From Microbacteriaceae bacterium (GTDB lineage Bacteria > Actinomycetota > Actinomycetes > Actinomycetales > Microbacteriaceae), in NCBI GenBank assembly GCA_025463565.1, contig JAODAT010000001.1, forward strand, positions 9,490 to 73,489: a DNA stretch of 64,000 bases, written 5' to 3'. Position 1 is the stretch's first letter, and each line of letters begins with the position of its first letter. A model generated the notes under the pieces. The model saw only the letters and a program-made list of their open reading frames with translations. It made no database searches and was not told the DNA's origin. A program made the position numbers and the translations under genes. Below, in pieces: positions 1-10,183 of the stretch.

Positions 1-560
1 GGCACGCGCTGCACGCGGTGCACGCCGCCCTCGTATTTCAGGTGAGCCCAGACTCCCTCGGCGGGGTCGCTGGAGTTGCCCTTGATGGCGAGCTGCACGT
101 CTTTGTAGCCGCCCAGGTCGCTCTGGGTCTGCTCGAGGATCTCCGTCTTCCACTTCTTGGATTCCGCGTAGTGCAGGTACATCCGCAGCAGGTCGGCGGC
201 GAACAGGGCCGACTCGGCCCCGCCCTCCCCCATCTTGATCTCCATGATGATGTCGCGCCCGTCGTTCTCGTCGCGCGGGATGAGCAGCCGGCGAAGGCGC
301 TCCTCCATCACGTCGAGGTCGGCCTGGATCTTCGGAACCTCGGCCGCGAACGAGTCGTCCTCGGCCGCCATCTCGGTGGCCGCCGCCAGGTCGTCGGTAA
401 AGGCGATCCAGCGGTTGTAGGCGTCGACTATCCGAGAGAGCTCGGCGTAGCGCCGGTTGACCTTCTTGGATTTGGCCGGGTTGGAGTGGAGTCCAGGGTC
501 AGCGAGCTGTTCCTGGAGTTCCGCATGCTCGGCCAGCAAGGTCTTTACTGACTCGAACAT
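1..560 (-). CDS. prfA: Peptide chain release factor 1 (5' part; runs off the window's left edge)
   Basis: Reverse strand from ATG at 560 reads [22 protein letters not shown]...[28 protein letters not shown]...[11 protein letters not shown]. Lies immediately downstream of rho. Confidence 0.95.
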   Translation of the reverse strand, partial: MFESVKTLLAEHAELQEQLADPGLHSNPAKSKKVNRRYAELSRIVDAYNRWIAFTDDLAAATEMAAEDDSFAAEVPKIQADLDVMEERLRRLLIPRDENDGRDIIMEIKMGEGGAESALFAADLLRMYLHYAESKKWKTEILEQTQSDLGGYKDVQLAIKGNSSDPAEGVWAHLKYEGGVHRVQRV

Positions 561-563
561 CCG

Positions 564-2621
564 CTAGTCCTTGTCGGTTCCCGCGACTCCGGGGAGCGAC
601 TTCTGGATCTTCATGAGGAACTCGACGTTGCTCGTGGTGTCTTTGAGCTGGGTGAGCACCAGTTCGAGCGCCTGCTGGGTCTCGAGGCCGGCGAGTGCGC
701 GGCGGAGTTTCCAGTTGACCTTCGTCTCATCGACGCCCATCAGCATCTCTTCGCGGCGGGTGCCAGACGCGTTGACGTCGACGGCCGGGAAGATGCGCTT
801 GTCAGCGAGCTGGCGCGAGAGGCGCAGCTCCATGTTGCCGGTGCCCTTGAACTCCTCGAAGATGACCTCGTCCATCTTGGAGCCGGTCTCCACCAGCGCG
901 GTGGCGAGGATGGTGAGCGATCCGCCGTCCTCGATGTTGCGCGCAGCACCGAAGAAACGCTTCGGCGGGTACAGGGCCGACGAGTCGACACCACCGGAGA
1001 GGATGCGGCCGGATGCCGGCGCCGCCAGGTTGTATGCGCGGCCGAGGCGGGTAATGGAGTCGAGCAGCACGACCACGTCGTGGCCGAGCTCGACGAGACG
1101 CTTGGCCCGCTCGATGGCGAGTTCGGCGACCGTCGTGTGGTCTTCGGCCGGACGGTCGAAGGTGGAGGCGATGACCTCACCCTTCACCGTGCGCTGCATG
1201 TCGGTGACCTCTTCGGGGCGCTCGTCGACGAGCACGACCATGAGGTGTACCTCTGGGTTGTTCTTGGCGATCGCGTTGGCGATGGCCTGCAATACGAGCG
1301 TCTTGCCGGCCTTCGGAGGCGAGACGATCAGGCCGCGCTGGCCCTTGCCGATCGGCGACACGAGGTCGATGATGCGGGTGGTCAGCTTGCCAGGCTCGGT
1401 CTCGAGGCGCAGGCGCTCGGTCGGGTAGAGCGGCGTCAGCTTGCCGAATTCGACGCGGTCGGCCGCCTGCTCGATGGGGAGGCCGTTGATCGAGTCGATC
1501 TTAACTATCGCGTTGTACTTCTGGCGACCGGAGTTGTCGTTCTCCCGCGGCTGGCGGATCGCGCCGACGACGGCGTCACCCTTACGCAGGTTGTACTTCT
1601 TCACCTGGCCGAGCGAGACGTAGACGTCGTTGTTGCCAGGCAGGTAACCGCTGGTGCGCACGAACGCGTAGTTGTCGAGCACGTCGAGAATTCCGGCGAC
1701 CGGGATGAGCACGTCATCGTCGGTGATCTCGGGCTCGAAGTCATCGTTGCCGGCGGGGCCACGACGCTTGCGGTCGCGGTAGCGGTTGCGGCCGCCGCGC
1801 TCTTCGTCATCCTGCATCTGCGTCTGCTGCTGGTTGCCGTTGCGGTTCTGGCCGTTCTGGTTGCGGCCGCCGCCACCGTTATTTTGCCCAGCCTGGCCGG
1901 CCTGCTGGCCGCCGCCATTGTTCTGGCCGCCCTGCTCGCCCTGCTGGCCGCCGTTGGCATTGCGGTTGCGGTTGCGGTTGCGCGAGTTGCGCGTTGGCTG
2001 GTCGCCCTGTGCCTCCCGCTCCGCTTCCTGGCCGGGGATGAGGTCTCCGACGGGGCCGCCGTCTGCGACGGCTTCGGCGCCAGCCTCTTGGCCGGGAAGC
2101 CGGTCGAGGCCGGCCGCTGCCTTGATGTCGTCCGCCAGCGCTGCCTTCTCGGCCTCCTGGCTCGGAATGCGGTCGCCCTTGGCGCCGCCGTCGGCGCGCG
2201 CCTCCGCTCCGGCCTCCTGGCCGGGGATCAGGTCGATGCCGCTCAGGTCGATGCCGGTGTCGCCCTTGTTCACATGACGTGATGCGGACTTCGGCGCGCT
2301 CTCGCTCGCCTCGATGACGGGCGCCTCGCCCGCGCCGGCGTCGACGATCGACGTCGTGGCACGGCGTGATGCGCGCTTCTTCGCGACCGGGGCCGCTGTC
2401 GGCTCCTCCATCACGGTGTCGGTGCTGCTGTTGTCGGCAGTGTCGGTGGTGGTGCTGTTGTCCTGGATCTCGTTGATCGCGTCCACGAGTTCTCCTTTAC
2501 GAAGTTGGGAAGTGCCGGTCAGGCCGAGTTCGGCTGCGAGTGCCTGGAGTTCAGGCAGGCGCAGCTTGGCCAGGGCGGCACTCGAGTCCGGCCGGGTGGC
2601 ACGGACTGTGATGTCAGTCAC
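564..2621 (-). CDS. rho: Transcription termination factor Rho with long N-terminal insertion
   Basis: GILDVLDNYAFVR RNA-binding domain, SPPKAGKT Walker A, LLDSITRL, FKGTGNMEL motifs. Confidence 0.98.
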   Translation of the reverse strand: MTDITVRATRPDSSAALAKLRLPELQALAAELGLTGTSQLRKGELVDAINEIQDNSTTTDTADNSSTDTVMEEPTAAPVAKKRASRRATTSIVDAGAGEAPVIEASESAPKSASRHVNKGDTGIDLSGIDLIPGQEAGAEARADGGAKGDRIPSQEAEKAALADDIKAAAGLDRLPGQEAGAEAVADGGPVGDLIPGQEAEREAQGDQPTRNSRNRNRNRNANGGQQGEQGGQNNGGGQQAGQAGQNNGGGGRNQNGQNRNGNQQQTQMQDDEERGGRNRYRDRKRRGPAGNDDFEPEITDDDVLIPVAGILDVLDNYAFVRTSGYLPGNNDVYVSLGQVKKYNLRKGDAVVGAIRQPRENDNSGRQKYNAIVKIDSINGLPIEQAADRVEFGKLTPLYPTERLRLETEPGKLTTRIIDLVSPIGKGQRGLIVSPPKAGKTLVLQAIANAIAKNNPEVHLMVVLVDERPEEVTDMQRTVKGEVIASTFDRPAEDHTTVAELAIERAKRLVELGHDVVVLLDSITRLGRAYNLAAPASGRILSGGVDSSALYPPKRFFGAARNIEDGGSLTILATALVETGSKMDEVIFEEFKGTGNMELRLSRQLADKRIFPAVDVNASGTRREEMLMGVDETKVNWKLRRALAGLETQQALELVLTQLKDTTSNVEFLMKIQKSLPGVAGTDKD

Positions 2622-2749
2622 TACTGGGGTTCCTTTCCCCCTGCGGGATGTGCGCCATCACGGCGTGCATGAATATCGCGGGAGGGATTGTGCTCTCCTC
2701 GATGAGGAATGAGCGGGTGAGATTACTGCACACCGGGAACGAACTGGGG

Positions 2750-3682
2750 CTAAGCCTGGTCTTCTACCGAGTGCAGTGTCACTGTAGCACCTTTGAAGTC
2801 GACGGCCAGTAACAGCGACTGCCACGGCGTGCCCGCGTGCTTCGCGACCACGTCGGCGGCGACGAGTCGCTGCGCGGGGTCGCTGCACAGTACGAGAATC
2901 GAGGGGCCGGATCCGGAGACCACAGCGGGCAGGCCCCGCGACCGCAACTCGTTGAGCAATGCCTCGGTCTCGGGCATCGCCGCCGCACGGTAGCTCTGGT
3001 GCAGCTTGTCTTCGGTGGCGGCGAGCAGAAGCTCCGGACTCTGGATGAGGGCTGCGATGAGCAGAGCCGAACGTGACACATTGAAGATGGCGTCTTCATG
3101 CGGCACGGAGACTGGGCGCAGTCCGCGTGCCAGTTCCGTCGACATCGTGCCTTCCGGCACCGCGACGAGAGGCGATACGCCCCGATGCACGATCAGTTTC
3201 TTGTGCTGCGGGCCGGCATCCGTCGTCCAGGCGATGGTGAGCCCTCCGAAGAGGGCGGGAGCGACGTTGTCGGGGTGTCCTTCGAGCTCGGTCGCAAGAG
3301 ACAGCAGCGCACCGGAGTCGATGTCGACGACCCCGGTGAGAAGGCCTTTCGCCGCCATGATGCCGGAGACGATCGCCGCGCCCGACGAGCCGAGCCCGCG
3401 ACCATGAGGGATGATGTTGCGAGCGACGACCTGGAACCCTGGCAGCGGTTGCGCGTACGCGGTGAACGTGTGCGCGATGGCGCGGACGACGAGATTGCTC
3501 TCGTCGGTCGGCACCTCACCGGCGCCGACACCGATGACCTCGACGCTCGCCCCTGGCGCGTCGCGCACCGTGACGGTGAGTTCGTCGTAGAGCGACAGCG
3601 CCAGCCCAAGGGTGTCGAACCCCGGCCCGAGGTTGGCCGAGGTCGCGGGCACCCGCACCGTGACCGAGAGACCTGGTTTCAT
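2750..3682 (-). CDS. thrB: Homoserine kinase
   Basis: VPATSANLGPGFD, PHGRGLGSSG GHMP motif, EGHPDN. Confidence 0.97.
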   Translation of the reverse strand: MKPGLSVTVRVPATSANLGPGFDTLGLALSLYDELTVTVRDAPGASVEVIGVGAGEVPTDESNLVVRAIAHTFTAYAQPLPGFQVVARNIIPHGRGLGSSGAAIVSGIMAAKGLLTGVVDIDSGALLSLATELEGHPDNVAPALFGGLTIAWTTDAGPQHKKLIVHRGVSPLVAVPEGTMSTELARGLRPVSVPHEDAIFNVSRSALLIAALIQSPELLLAATEDKLHQSYRAAAMPETEALLNELRSRGLPAVVSGSGPSILVLCSDPAQRLVAADVVAKHAGTPWQSLLLAVDFKGATVTLHSVEDQA

Positions 3683-3707
3683 GCAGCGTGGTTTCGCGCA
3701 GGGATGC

Positions 3708-4790
3708 TCATGCTGGAACTCGCGCGAGGCCGAGCACGCCGGCCACCTCGTCGGTGTCGTTCGCGACGATCGTGGGGGCTACCTCGGAGCCGTCGGCGTT
3801 CTTCAGCGCCCACTGCGGGTCTTTCAGGCCGTGTCCGGTGACGGTGAGCACGACGGTCGCGCCCTTCGGCACCTCACCGGCCGCGGACCGTTCCAGCAGG
3901 CCGGCCACGCTTATGGCGGATGCCGGCTCGACGAAGATACCGACCTCGGCCGACAGGATGCGGTGCGCTTCGAGAATGAGTTCGTCGCTGATCGCGCCGA
4001 AGTAGCCGTTGCTGTGCTCGCGGGCGGCGAGCGCCAGCTCCCAGGAGGCGGGGTTGCCGATGCGGATGGCGCTGGCGATGGTGTCGGGGTCTTTCACGAC
4101 GTGACCGAGCACGATGGGCGCGCTCCCGGCGGCCTGGAAACCGAACATGCGCGGCAGCTTCGTGGCGATCCCGCGTTCGAGTTCCTCGTTGTACCCGCGG
4201 TGGTATGCGGTGTAGTTGCCGGCATTGCCGACCGGCACGAAGTGGAAGTCAGGTGCGTCTTCGAGCACTTCGACCACCTCGAACGCGGCGGTCTTCTGGC
4301 CCTCGATGCGGTCGTTGTTGACCGAGTTGACGAGGTGGACGGCGTAGTTCGCGGCAAGGTCACGCGCGATGTCGAGGCAGTCGTCGAAGTTGCCCTGCAC
4401 CTGCAGGAGTTCGGCGTTGTGGGCGATCGCCTGGGCCAGCTTGCCCATCGCGATCTTGCCCTGCGGCACGAGCACGGCCGCCTTGATGCCCGCGTGGGTG
4501 GCGTATGCGGCGGCGGAGGCGGAGGTGTTGCCCGTCGAGGCGCAGATGACAGCCTTCGCTCCGTGCTCGATGGCCTTGGAGACGGCCATGGTCATGCCGC
4601 GATCCTTGAACGAGCCGGTCGGGTTCATCCCCTCGAACTTCACCCAGACCCTGGCACCCGTGCGAGCGGAGAGCGCGGGCGCCGGAATCAGCGGCGTTCC
4701 GCCTTCGCCCAGCGTGATGATCGGGGTCGCATCGCTGATGTCGAGACGATCCGCGTACTCGCGGAGTACACCGCGCCACTGGTGGGCCAT
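3708..4790 (-). CDS. thrC: Threonine synthase
   Basis: NPTGSFKDRG PLP-lysine motif, ASTGNT, PVGNAGN. Confidence 0.97.
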   Translation of the reverse strand: MAHQWRGVLREYADRLDISDATPIITLGEGGTPLIPAPALSARTGARVWVKFEGMNPTGSFKDRGMTMAVSKAIEHGAKAVICASTGNTSASAAAYATHAGIKAAVLVPQGKIAMGKLAQAIAHNAELLQVQGNFDDCLDIARDLAANYAVHLVNSVNNDRIEGQKTAAFEVVEVLEDAPDFHFVPVGNAGNYTAYHRGYNEELERGIATKLPRMFGFQAAGSAPIVLGHVVKDPDTIASAIRIGNPASWELALAAREHSNGYFGAISDELILEAHRILSAEVGIFVEPASAISVAGLLERSAAGEVPKGATVVLTVTGHGLKDPQWALKNADGSEVAPTIVANDTDEVAGVLGLARVPA

Positions 4791-6103
4791 TATGAACCTT
4801 CCACTCTCAATACCGATGTGACCTGATGCACGACACCGCTCGTGCCGAGTGCGGTGACCGTCGCAGCGAGATCACCCTCGGATGCCTCGTGCGTTCCGAT
4901 CACAAGGGTAGCGGTGGGCGCTCCCCCCTCGACGTGCGCCGATTGCGTCACCGCTTCGACGGAGACACCGTGATCGCTGAACAGGGTAGCGATCGCGGCG
5001 AGAACACCGGGCTCGTCGACGACGCTGAGCGTGATCTGGTACCGGGTGGTCACGGCCGAGATCGGCAGGATCGGCAGGTTGGCATGGGTCGACTCGGCAA
5101 CGCCGGGGCCCCCGATGACGTGACGTCGCGCGGCGGAGACCAGGTCTCCGAGCACGGCCGACGCGGTCTCGATGCCGCCGGCGCCCGCTCCGTAGAACAT
5201 GAGATCGCCCGCCGCCTCCGCCTCGATGAAGACGGCATTCTTGGCGCCGTGCACCGCGGCCAGCGGGTGGTCTCGTGGCACCAGCGCCGGGTACACCCGG
5301 GCCGATACGCCTTCCGTACCGTCGGCATCCGTCAGCCGTTCGCAGATCGCAAGCAGCTTCACCACGTAACCGGCCTTCTTCGCGGCCTCGACCTGGTCGA
5401 TGGTGACGTTCGTGATGCCCTCGCGGTAGACCGCGTCGAGGGGTACAGCGGTGTGGAACGCGAGACTGGCGAGAATGGCCGTCTTCTGTGCTGCGTCGAA
5501 ACCTTCGGTGTCCGCCGACGGGTCGGGCTTCTCGGCGTACCCGAGCTCGGTGGCCGTCGCGAGGGCTGTCTCGAAGCTCTCCCCCGCGGTGTCCATGCGG
5601 TCGAGGATGAAGTTGGTCGTTCCGTTGACGATGCCGAGGATGCGCTTGATGCGGTCTCCGGCCAGGCTGTCGCGCAGCGGGCGGATGATCGGGATCGCGC
5701 CCGCGACCGCCGCTTCGTAGTAGAGCTGGGCGCCCACCTGCTCGGCGGCCTCGAACAGCTCAGGACCGTGCGTGGCGAGGAGCGCCTTATTGCCGGTGAT
5801 CACGTCTGCACCGGAGTTGAGGGCCTGGAGAATGAGCGTGCGGGCCGGCTCGAGGCCGCCCATCAGCTCGATGACGATGTCCGCGCCGAGAATGAGCCCC
5901 TCTGGGTCGGTGGTGAGCAGCTCCGAGGGAATCTCCGCGGACCGCGTCGCGGTGAGGTCGCGGACCGCGACGCCGACGAGCTCGAGCCCCGCTCCGGCGC
6001 GGTTGGCCAGTTCCGGCCCGTGCTCGAGCAACAGTGACGCCACCTGTGCGCCGACCGAACCGGCGCCGAGCAGCGCTATGCGGAGATTGCGGTACTCGAT
6101 CAT
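4790..6103 (-). CDS. hom: Homoserine dehydrogenase with C-terminal ACT domain
   Basis: LLGAGSVG, EAAVAGAIP, GIVNGTTN, GAGAGG.ETASAV; ACT-like DEPGVLA. Confidence 0.96.
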   Translation of the reverse strand: MIEYRNLRIALLGAGSVGAQVASLLLEHGPELANRAGAGLELVGVAVRDLTATRSAEIPSELLTTDPEGLILGADIVIELMGGLEPARTLILQALNSGADVITGNKALLATHGPELFEAAEQVGAQLYYEAAVAGAIPIIRPLRDSLAGDRIKRILGIVNGTTNFILDRMDTAGESFETALATATELGYAEKPDPSADTEGFDAAQKTAILASLAFHTAVPLDAVYREGITNVTIDQVEAAKKAGYVVKLLAICERLTDADGTEGVSARVYPALVPRDHPLAAVHGAKNAVFIEAEAAGDLMFYGAGAGGIETASAVLGDLVSAARRHVIGGPGVAESTHANLPILPISAVTTRYQITLSVVDEPGVLAAIATLFSDHGVSVEAVTQSAHVEGGAPTATLVIGTHEASEGDLAATVTALGTSGVVHQVTSVLRVEGS

Positions 6104-7647
6104 CTGGTGTCCTCGCTAGGGCGGGTCGAGCGTGTCGAGACCTCACCCGCGTGATTCGTCGGTGAGATTTCGACAAGCTCAATCCGCTTGACTCCCATGT
6201 CCCTGCTCAGCAGGTCCTCTTCGGTCTCGCCGCGCACGATCACCCGCGCCTGACCGTCACGCACCGCGACCACCGGTGGCCGCCCCAGGTAGTTGTAGTT
6301 GCTGGCGAGCGACCAGCAGTACGCCCCGGTCGCGGCGACGGCGAGCAGGTCGCCCGGCTCGACATCCGACGGCAGGTAGTCGGCGCGCACCACGATGTCG
6401 CCACTCTCGCAGTGCTTGCCGGCCACGCGCACGAGCGCGGGAGCCGCGGTGGATGCCCGGCTGGCGATACGCGCGCTGTAGTCCGCCTCGTAGAGGGCGG
6501 GCCGGGCGTTATCGCTCATGCCGCCGTCGACGCTCACGTATTTGCGCATGGCTGAGCTGGTCGAGCTTGTCGAGACCTCACCGACGTTGATCGCGGGTGA
6601 GGTCTCGACAAGCTCGACCCGCTCGTCAAGCGACACTTCGACGTCTTTGATCGTGCCGACCTCGTAGAGCGTGACCGTGGTCGGACCGACGATCAACCGG
6701 CCCGGCTCGAAGGCGAGCACGGGAAGCGCGATGCCGAGCTTCGCGCATTCGGCCGCGACGATATCCGCGAAACGGCTGGCGATCGTCTCGATGGGCAGGG
6801 CGACGTCGGCGCTCGTGTACGCGATGCCGAAGCCTCCTCCGAGGTTCAGCTCCGGCACTGGGCCGCGCTCGAGAAGGCGGGCATGCAGGGCGAGAAGCCG
6901 GCGGGCCGACTCCTCGAATCCCTCGGACTCGAAGATCTGCGAACCGATGTGCGAGTGCAATCCGATGAACTCCAGCGAGGCGTGTGACCGGATGGCGTCG
7001 ACCGCGGCCGGTGCGTCCGCGATCGGGATGCCGAACTTCTGGTCCTCGCGCGCGGTCGCCAGGTATTCGTGGGTGTGGGCGTGCACGCCGCTGTTGAGCC
7101 TCAGGCGCACGCGCTGTGCGTGACCGTGGCGCGCCGCCGCATCCGCCACCCGCTCGATCTCGATGACGGAGTCGATCACGATCACCCCGACCCCCGTGCT
7201 CACCGCCCGATCGATCTCGGCGAAGGACTTGTTGTTGCCGTGGAAGCCGAGCCGCGCGGGATCGATCCCCGCCGCGAGCGCGACGGCGAGCTCACCGCCG
7301 CTGCAGACATCGATGTACAGGCCGGCCTCGGTCACCCAGCGGGCGACCTCGGCGGAGAGGAACGCTTTTCCGGCGTAGTAGACCTTCGCTGAGCTGCCGA
7401 CCCGGGCGAACTCGCGGTCGAAGGCCGCCTTCACCGCAGCGGCACGATCACGAACGTCCTGCTCATCCATCACGAACACGGGCGTGCCGAACCGCGCGGC
7501 AAGATCACCCGCGGTGACACCACCGAAACGGAGCTCACCATCGCCGTCGCGTGTGGCGTTGGCGGGCCAGACCTTCGGGTCGAGTGCGTTGGGGTCAGCG
7601 GGTTCGACCAGCCATTCGGGAGCAAGCGGGTTGCCAGCGCTCGTCAT
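6100..7647 (-). CDS. lysA: Diaminopimelate decarboxylase carrying two in-frame palindromic-element peptides
   Basis: YAGKAF PLP lysine, HGNNKS, HSHIGSQI, EPGR, GKHCESGD, TGAY..SLASNYN. Start placed at the ATG overlapping the upstream stop (TGATG). Confidence 0.96.
   Translation of the reverse strand: MTSAGNPLAPEWLVEPADPNALDPKVWPANATRDGDGELRFGGVTAGDLAARFGTPVFVMDEQDVRDRAAAVKAAFDREFARVGSSAKVYYAGKAFLSAEVARWVTEAGLYIDVCSGGELAVALAAGIDPARLGFHGNNKSFAEIDRAVSTGVGVIVIDSVIEIERVADAAARHGHAQRVRLRLNSGVHAHTHEYLATAREDQKFGIPIADAPAAVDAIRSHASLEFIGLHSHIGSQIFESEGFEESARRLLALHARLLERGPVPELNLGGGFGIAYTSADVALPIETIASRFADIVAAECAKLGIALPVLAFEPGRLIVGPTTVTLYEVGTIKDVEVSLDERVELVETSPAINVGEVSTSSTSSAMRKYVSVDGGMSDNARPALYEADYSARIASRASTAAPALVRVAGKHCESGDIVVRADYLPSDVEPGDLLAVAATGAYCWSLASNYNYLGRPPVVAVRDGQARVIVRGETEEDLLSRDMGVKRIELVEISPTNHAGEVSTRSTRPSEDTR
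6121..6187. repeat. REP-like palindromic element copy 1 (encodes the lysA C-terminal tail)
   Basis: gcgggtcgagcgtgtcgagacctcacc-N13-ggtgagatttcgacaagctcaatccgc. Confidence 0.85.
6554..6624. repeat. REP-like palindromic element copy 2 (internal to lysA, in frame)
   Basis: gagctggtcgagcttgtcgagacctcacc-N13-ggtgaggtctcgacaagctcgacccgctc; arms are near-perfect inverted repeats. Confidence 0.9.
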
Positions 7648-8450
7648 CAGCACGTTCCCTTGGTCGTGAAGGCTGTGGCATTGAGCACGACGGGGGAAAT
7701 GGTACCGGCCACCGTCACCGTCGTGCCCTTGATCACCAGCGACTTCAGGTGCAGCGGCTTCGGCAGCGCGCTGGCGATGCAGAGGCTCTGCGTACCGGTG
7801 ATCCCGGAGGCGAGGCCGCCGAAGCTCTTCGCGAGTTGCGCCGCGGTGATGCTGGATCCGTTCAGCTCGAACGCCTTGGGCGCCAGGGTGAGCTTCCCGT
7901 CCTTCACTCCGGGCGTGAGCGTCACCGTCAACGGGATCTTGAGCCCGAAGATGTCGAACGAACCGCCGAGCCGCACGGCCCCGCCGACGAGGTCCACCGA
8001 GGTGACCGGGATGCCGGAGAAGCTCTTGAGCAGCTCGCGGAGACCCGCCTGGTCGGTCGACACGACGAGCGTGCCGCCGTCGATCGGCTGCGACTGGTCG
8101 ACCGGTACGCCGTCGACGGCGAGTTTCGCCGAACCCGTGAGCGCGCCGATGGACACCTTCGGGAGGGTCACGTCGATCTTCTGCAGCCGGCCGGTGGCCA
8201 GCTGGTAGAGCACCGAGGTGCCCTCGACCTTCACGTCAACCGGGGTCGATGCTGGCACCGACAGCGCGCTGCGCACCTTGGTCTGCACCAGGTTCTCCGC
8301 GTAGCTTCGCGCGACGTTGTCGAGGATCACGCCTCCGACGATCAGCAGCACCGCGATGATCGCGAGCACGACGAGTGCCGTGCGACCGCGGTGGCGCTTC
8401 TTTTTCGTGGGTGAGGTCTCGACAGGCTCGACCCGCCCTGCAGCGCTCAT
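7647..8450 (-). CDS. DUF2993/LmeA-like membrane-anchored protein
   Basis: Basic patch plus one TM helix, then a beta-rich domain (VDVKVEG.SVLYQLATG.L..IDV). Coupled to argS and lysA by TGATG overlaps. Confidence 0.75.
   Translation of the reverse strand: MSAAGRVEPVETSPTKKKRHRGRTALVVLAIIAVLLIVGGVILDNVARSYAENLVQTKVRSALSVPASTPVDVKVEGTSVLYQLATGRLQKIDVTLPKVSIGALTGSAKLAVDGVPVDQSQPIDGGTLVVSTDQAGLRELLKSFSGIPVTSVDLVGGAVRLGGSFDIFGLKIPLTVTLTPGVKDGKLTLAPKAFELNGSSITAAQLAKSFGGLASGITGTQSLCIASALPKPLHLKSLVIKGTTVTVAGTISPVVLNATAFTTKGTC
8410..8436. repeat. Half copy of the REP-like element (DUF2993 N-terminus, RVEPVETSP)
   Basis: ggtgaggtctcgacaggctcgacccgc matches the right arm of the other copies. Confidence 0.8.
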
Positions 8451-10117
8451 CACATGCGCTCCGGTGCGCTCACTCCGAGCAGACCCAGCGCGTTCCGCAG
8501 TACCGTTCCCGTTGCGTCATTCAGCCACAGCCGAGTGCGATGCAGGTCGGTGACTGGCTCGTCGCCGAGCGGCGTCACGCGGCAACTGTCGTACCAGCGG
8601 TGATAGTTGCCGGCCAGCTCCTCCGCATACCGCGCGACGCGGTGCGGCTCTCGCAGCTCGGCCGCCTGGGTGACCACCCGCGGGAACTCGGCGAGAACGC
8701 CGAGCAGGGTGCTCTCGGTCTCGTGGGTGAGCAGAGACGCGTCGAAGGCGCTGCGGTCAACGCCGGACGCGGCGGCGTTGCGCGCCACCGAGTGCGTGCG
8801 CGCGTGCGCGTACTGCACATAGAAGACCGGGTTGTCGTTTGTGCGCTTCGTCAGCAGGTCGAGATCGATGTCGAGCTGCTGGTCGATGGACGAGCGCACC
8901 AGCGCGTAGCGGGCGGCATCCACCCCGACAGCCTCGACCAGGTCTTCGAGCACGACGACCGTGCCGGCCCTCTTGCTCATGCGCTGCGGAACACCGTCTT
9001 TGACGAGGTTCACCATCTGACCGATGAGGATCTCGAGGTTCACATACGGCTCGTCGCCAAACGCAGACGTCATCGCCATCAGCCGTCGTACGTACCCGTG
9101 ATGATCGGCTCCGAGCATGATCAGGTTGCGCTCATAGCCACGCTCTCGCTTATTGAGGTAGTAGGCGAGGTCGCCGGAGATGTAGCCGGCCTCGCCGTCG
9201 CTCTTGATGACGACTCGGTCCTTGTCGTCACCGAAATCGGTGGAACGGAACCAGGTGGCGCTATCGGCCTCGAAGATGTGCCCGTTGTCGCGCAGTCGTG
9301 TGATGGCGCGTTCGACATCCCCGGACTCATGCAGGTTGTTCTCGTGGAAGTACACGTCGAAATCGACGCCGAAGTCGTGCAGGCTCTTCTTGATGTCGGC
9401 GAACATGAAGTCGACGCCGTATGCACGAAAGACTTCCTGCTGCTGGTCTCTCGGCATGACCGCGAGGTCGTCGGGAAATGCTGCGACAACCCGGTCCTTG
9501 ATCTCGGAGATGTACTGGCCGCCGTAACCGTCCTCCGGTGCGGGCTCGACCAGGTAGCTGGCGAGCAGGCTCCGGGCGAAGCGATCGATCTGGAGACCGT
9601 GGTCGTTGAAGTAGTACTCCCGCGTGACCTCGCCACCCACCGCGTCGAAGATGCGGGCGAGACTGTCGCCGACCGCGGCCCACCGCACACCGCCGAGGTG
9701 GATCGGGCCGGTCGGGTTCGCCGAGACGAACTCCAGGTTGATGCGCACCCCGCTGTAGAGGGTGCCGCGCCCGAAGGCGGCGCCCTCCTCGACGATGGTT
9801 TTGGCGAGCGCCCCGGCGGCCGCCGCGTCAAGCGTGACATTGATGAATCCGGGGCCGGCGACATCCACCGACGCCACGCCGTGGATGCTGCGGATACCTT
9901 CGGCGAGCTCGTCGGCAAGCTGGCGCGGGTTGGTACCGAGCGGCTTCGCGAGCTTCATCGCGATGTTCGAAGCCCAGTCGCCGTGATCGCGGTTCTTCGG
10001 GCGTTCGAGCGAGACGTCGTCGATTCCGACGGTGAGGGTGGACTCGCCGCGGCGCTCCAGCGCACCATCGACGATGGTGAGCAGTTGGGCGGAGAGTTCG
10101 GCTGGGGTCACGGTCAT
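8450..10117 (-). CDS. argS: Arginine--tRNA ligase
   Basis: [18 protein letters not shown]-like motif, [19 protein letters not shown]-terminal APERM. Confidence 0.98.
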   Translation of the reverse strand: MTVTPAELSAQLLTIVDGALERRGESTLTVGIDDVSLERPKNRDHGDWASNIAMKLAKPLGTNPRQLADELAEGIRSIHGVASVDVAGPGFINVTLDAAAAGALAKTIVEEGAAFGRGTLYSGVRINLEFVSANPTGPIHLGGVRWAAVGDSLARIFDAVGGEVTREYYFNDHGLQIDRFARSLLASYLVEPAPEDGYGGQYISEIKDRVVAAFPDDLAVMPRDQQQEVFRAYGVDFMFADIKKSLHDFGVDFDVYFHENNLHESGDVERAITRLRDNGHIFEADSATWFRSTDFGDDKDRVVIKSDGEAGYISGDLAYYLNKRERGYERNLIMLGADHHGYVRRLMAMTSAFGDEPYVNLEILIGQMVNLVKDGVPQRMSKRAGTVVVLEDLVEAVGVDAARYALVRSSIDQQLDIDLDLLTKRTNDNPVFYVQYAHARTHSVARNAAASGVDRSAFDASLLTHETESTLLGVLAEFPRVVTQAAELREPHRVARYAEELAGNYHRWYDSCRVTPLGDEPVTDLHRTRLWLNDATGTVLRNALGLLGVSAPERM

Positions 10118-10183
10118 CGATTCTATCGGGCGACAGGGCGCGCCTTTCGGGCCGGTGCCAGCGTGATCGGTGATGATGGCCCT

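Noticed and set aside
8375-10183. 797-aa plus-strand ORF and other long antisense ORFs (e.g. 19358-21475, 25074-26876, 36693-38228, 61552-62994)
   Set aside because: Shadow frames opposite recognisable genes, expected at high GC. Only 10184-10768 of the 797-aa ORF looks like a real gene.
10117-10183. T-box leader for argS
   Set aside because: The intergenic space is under 70 bp and has no T-box antiterminator sequence.
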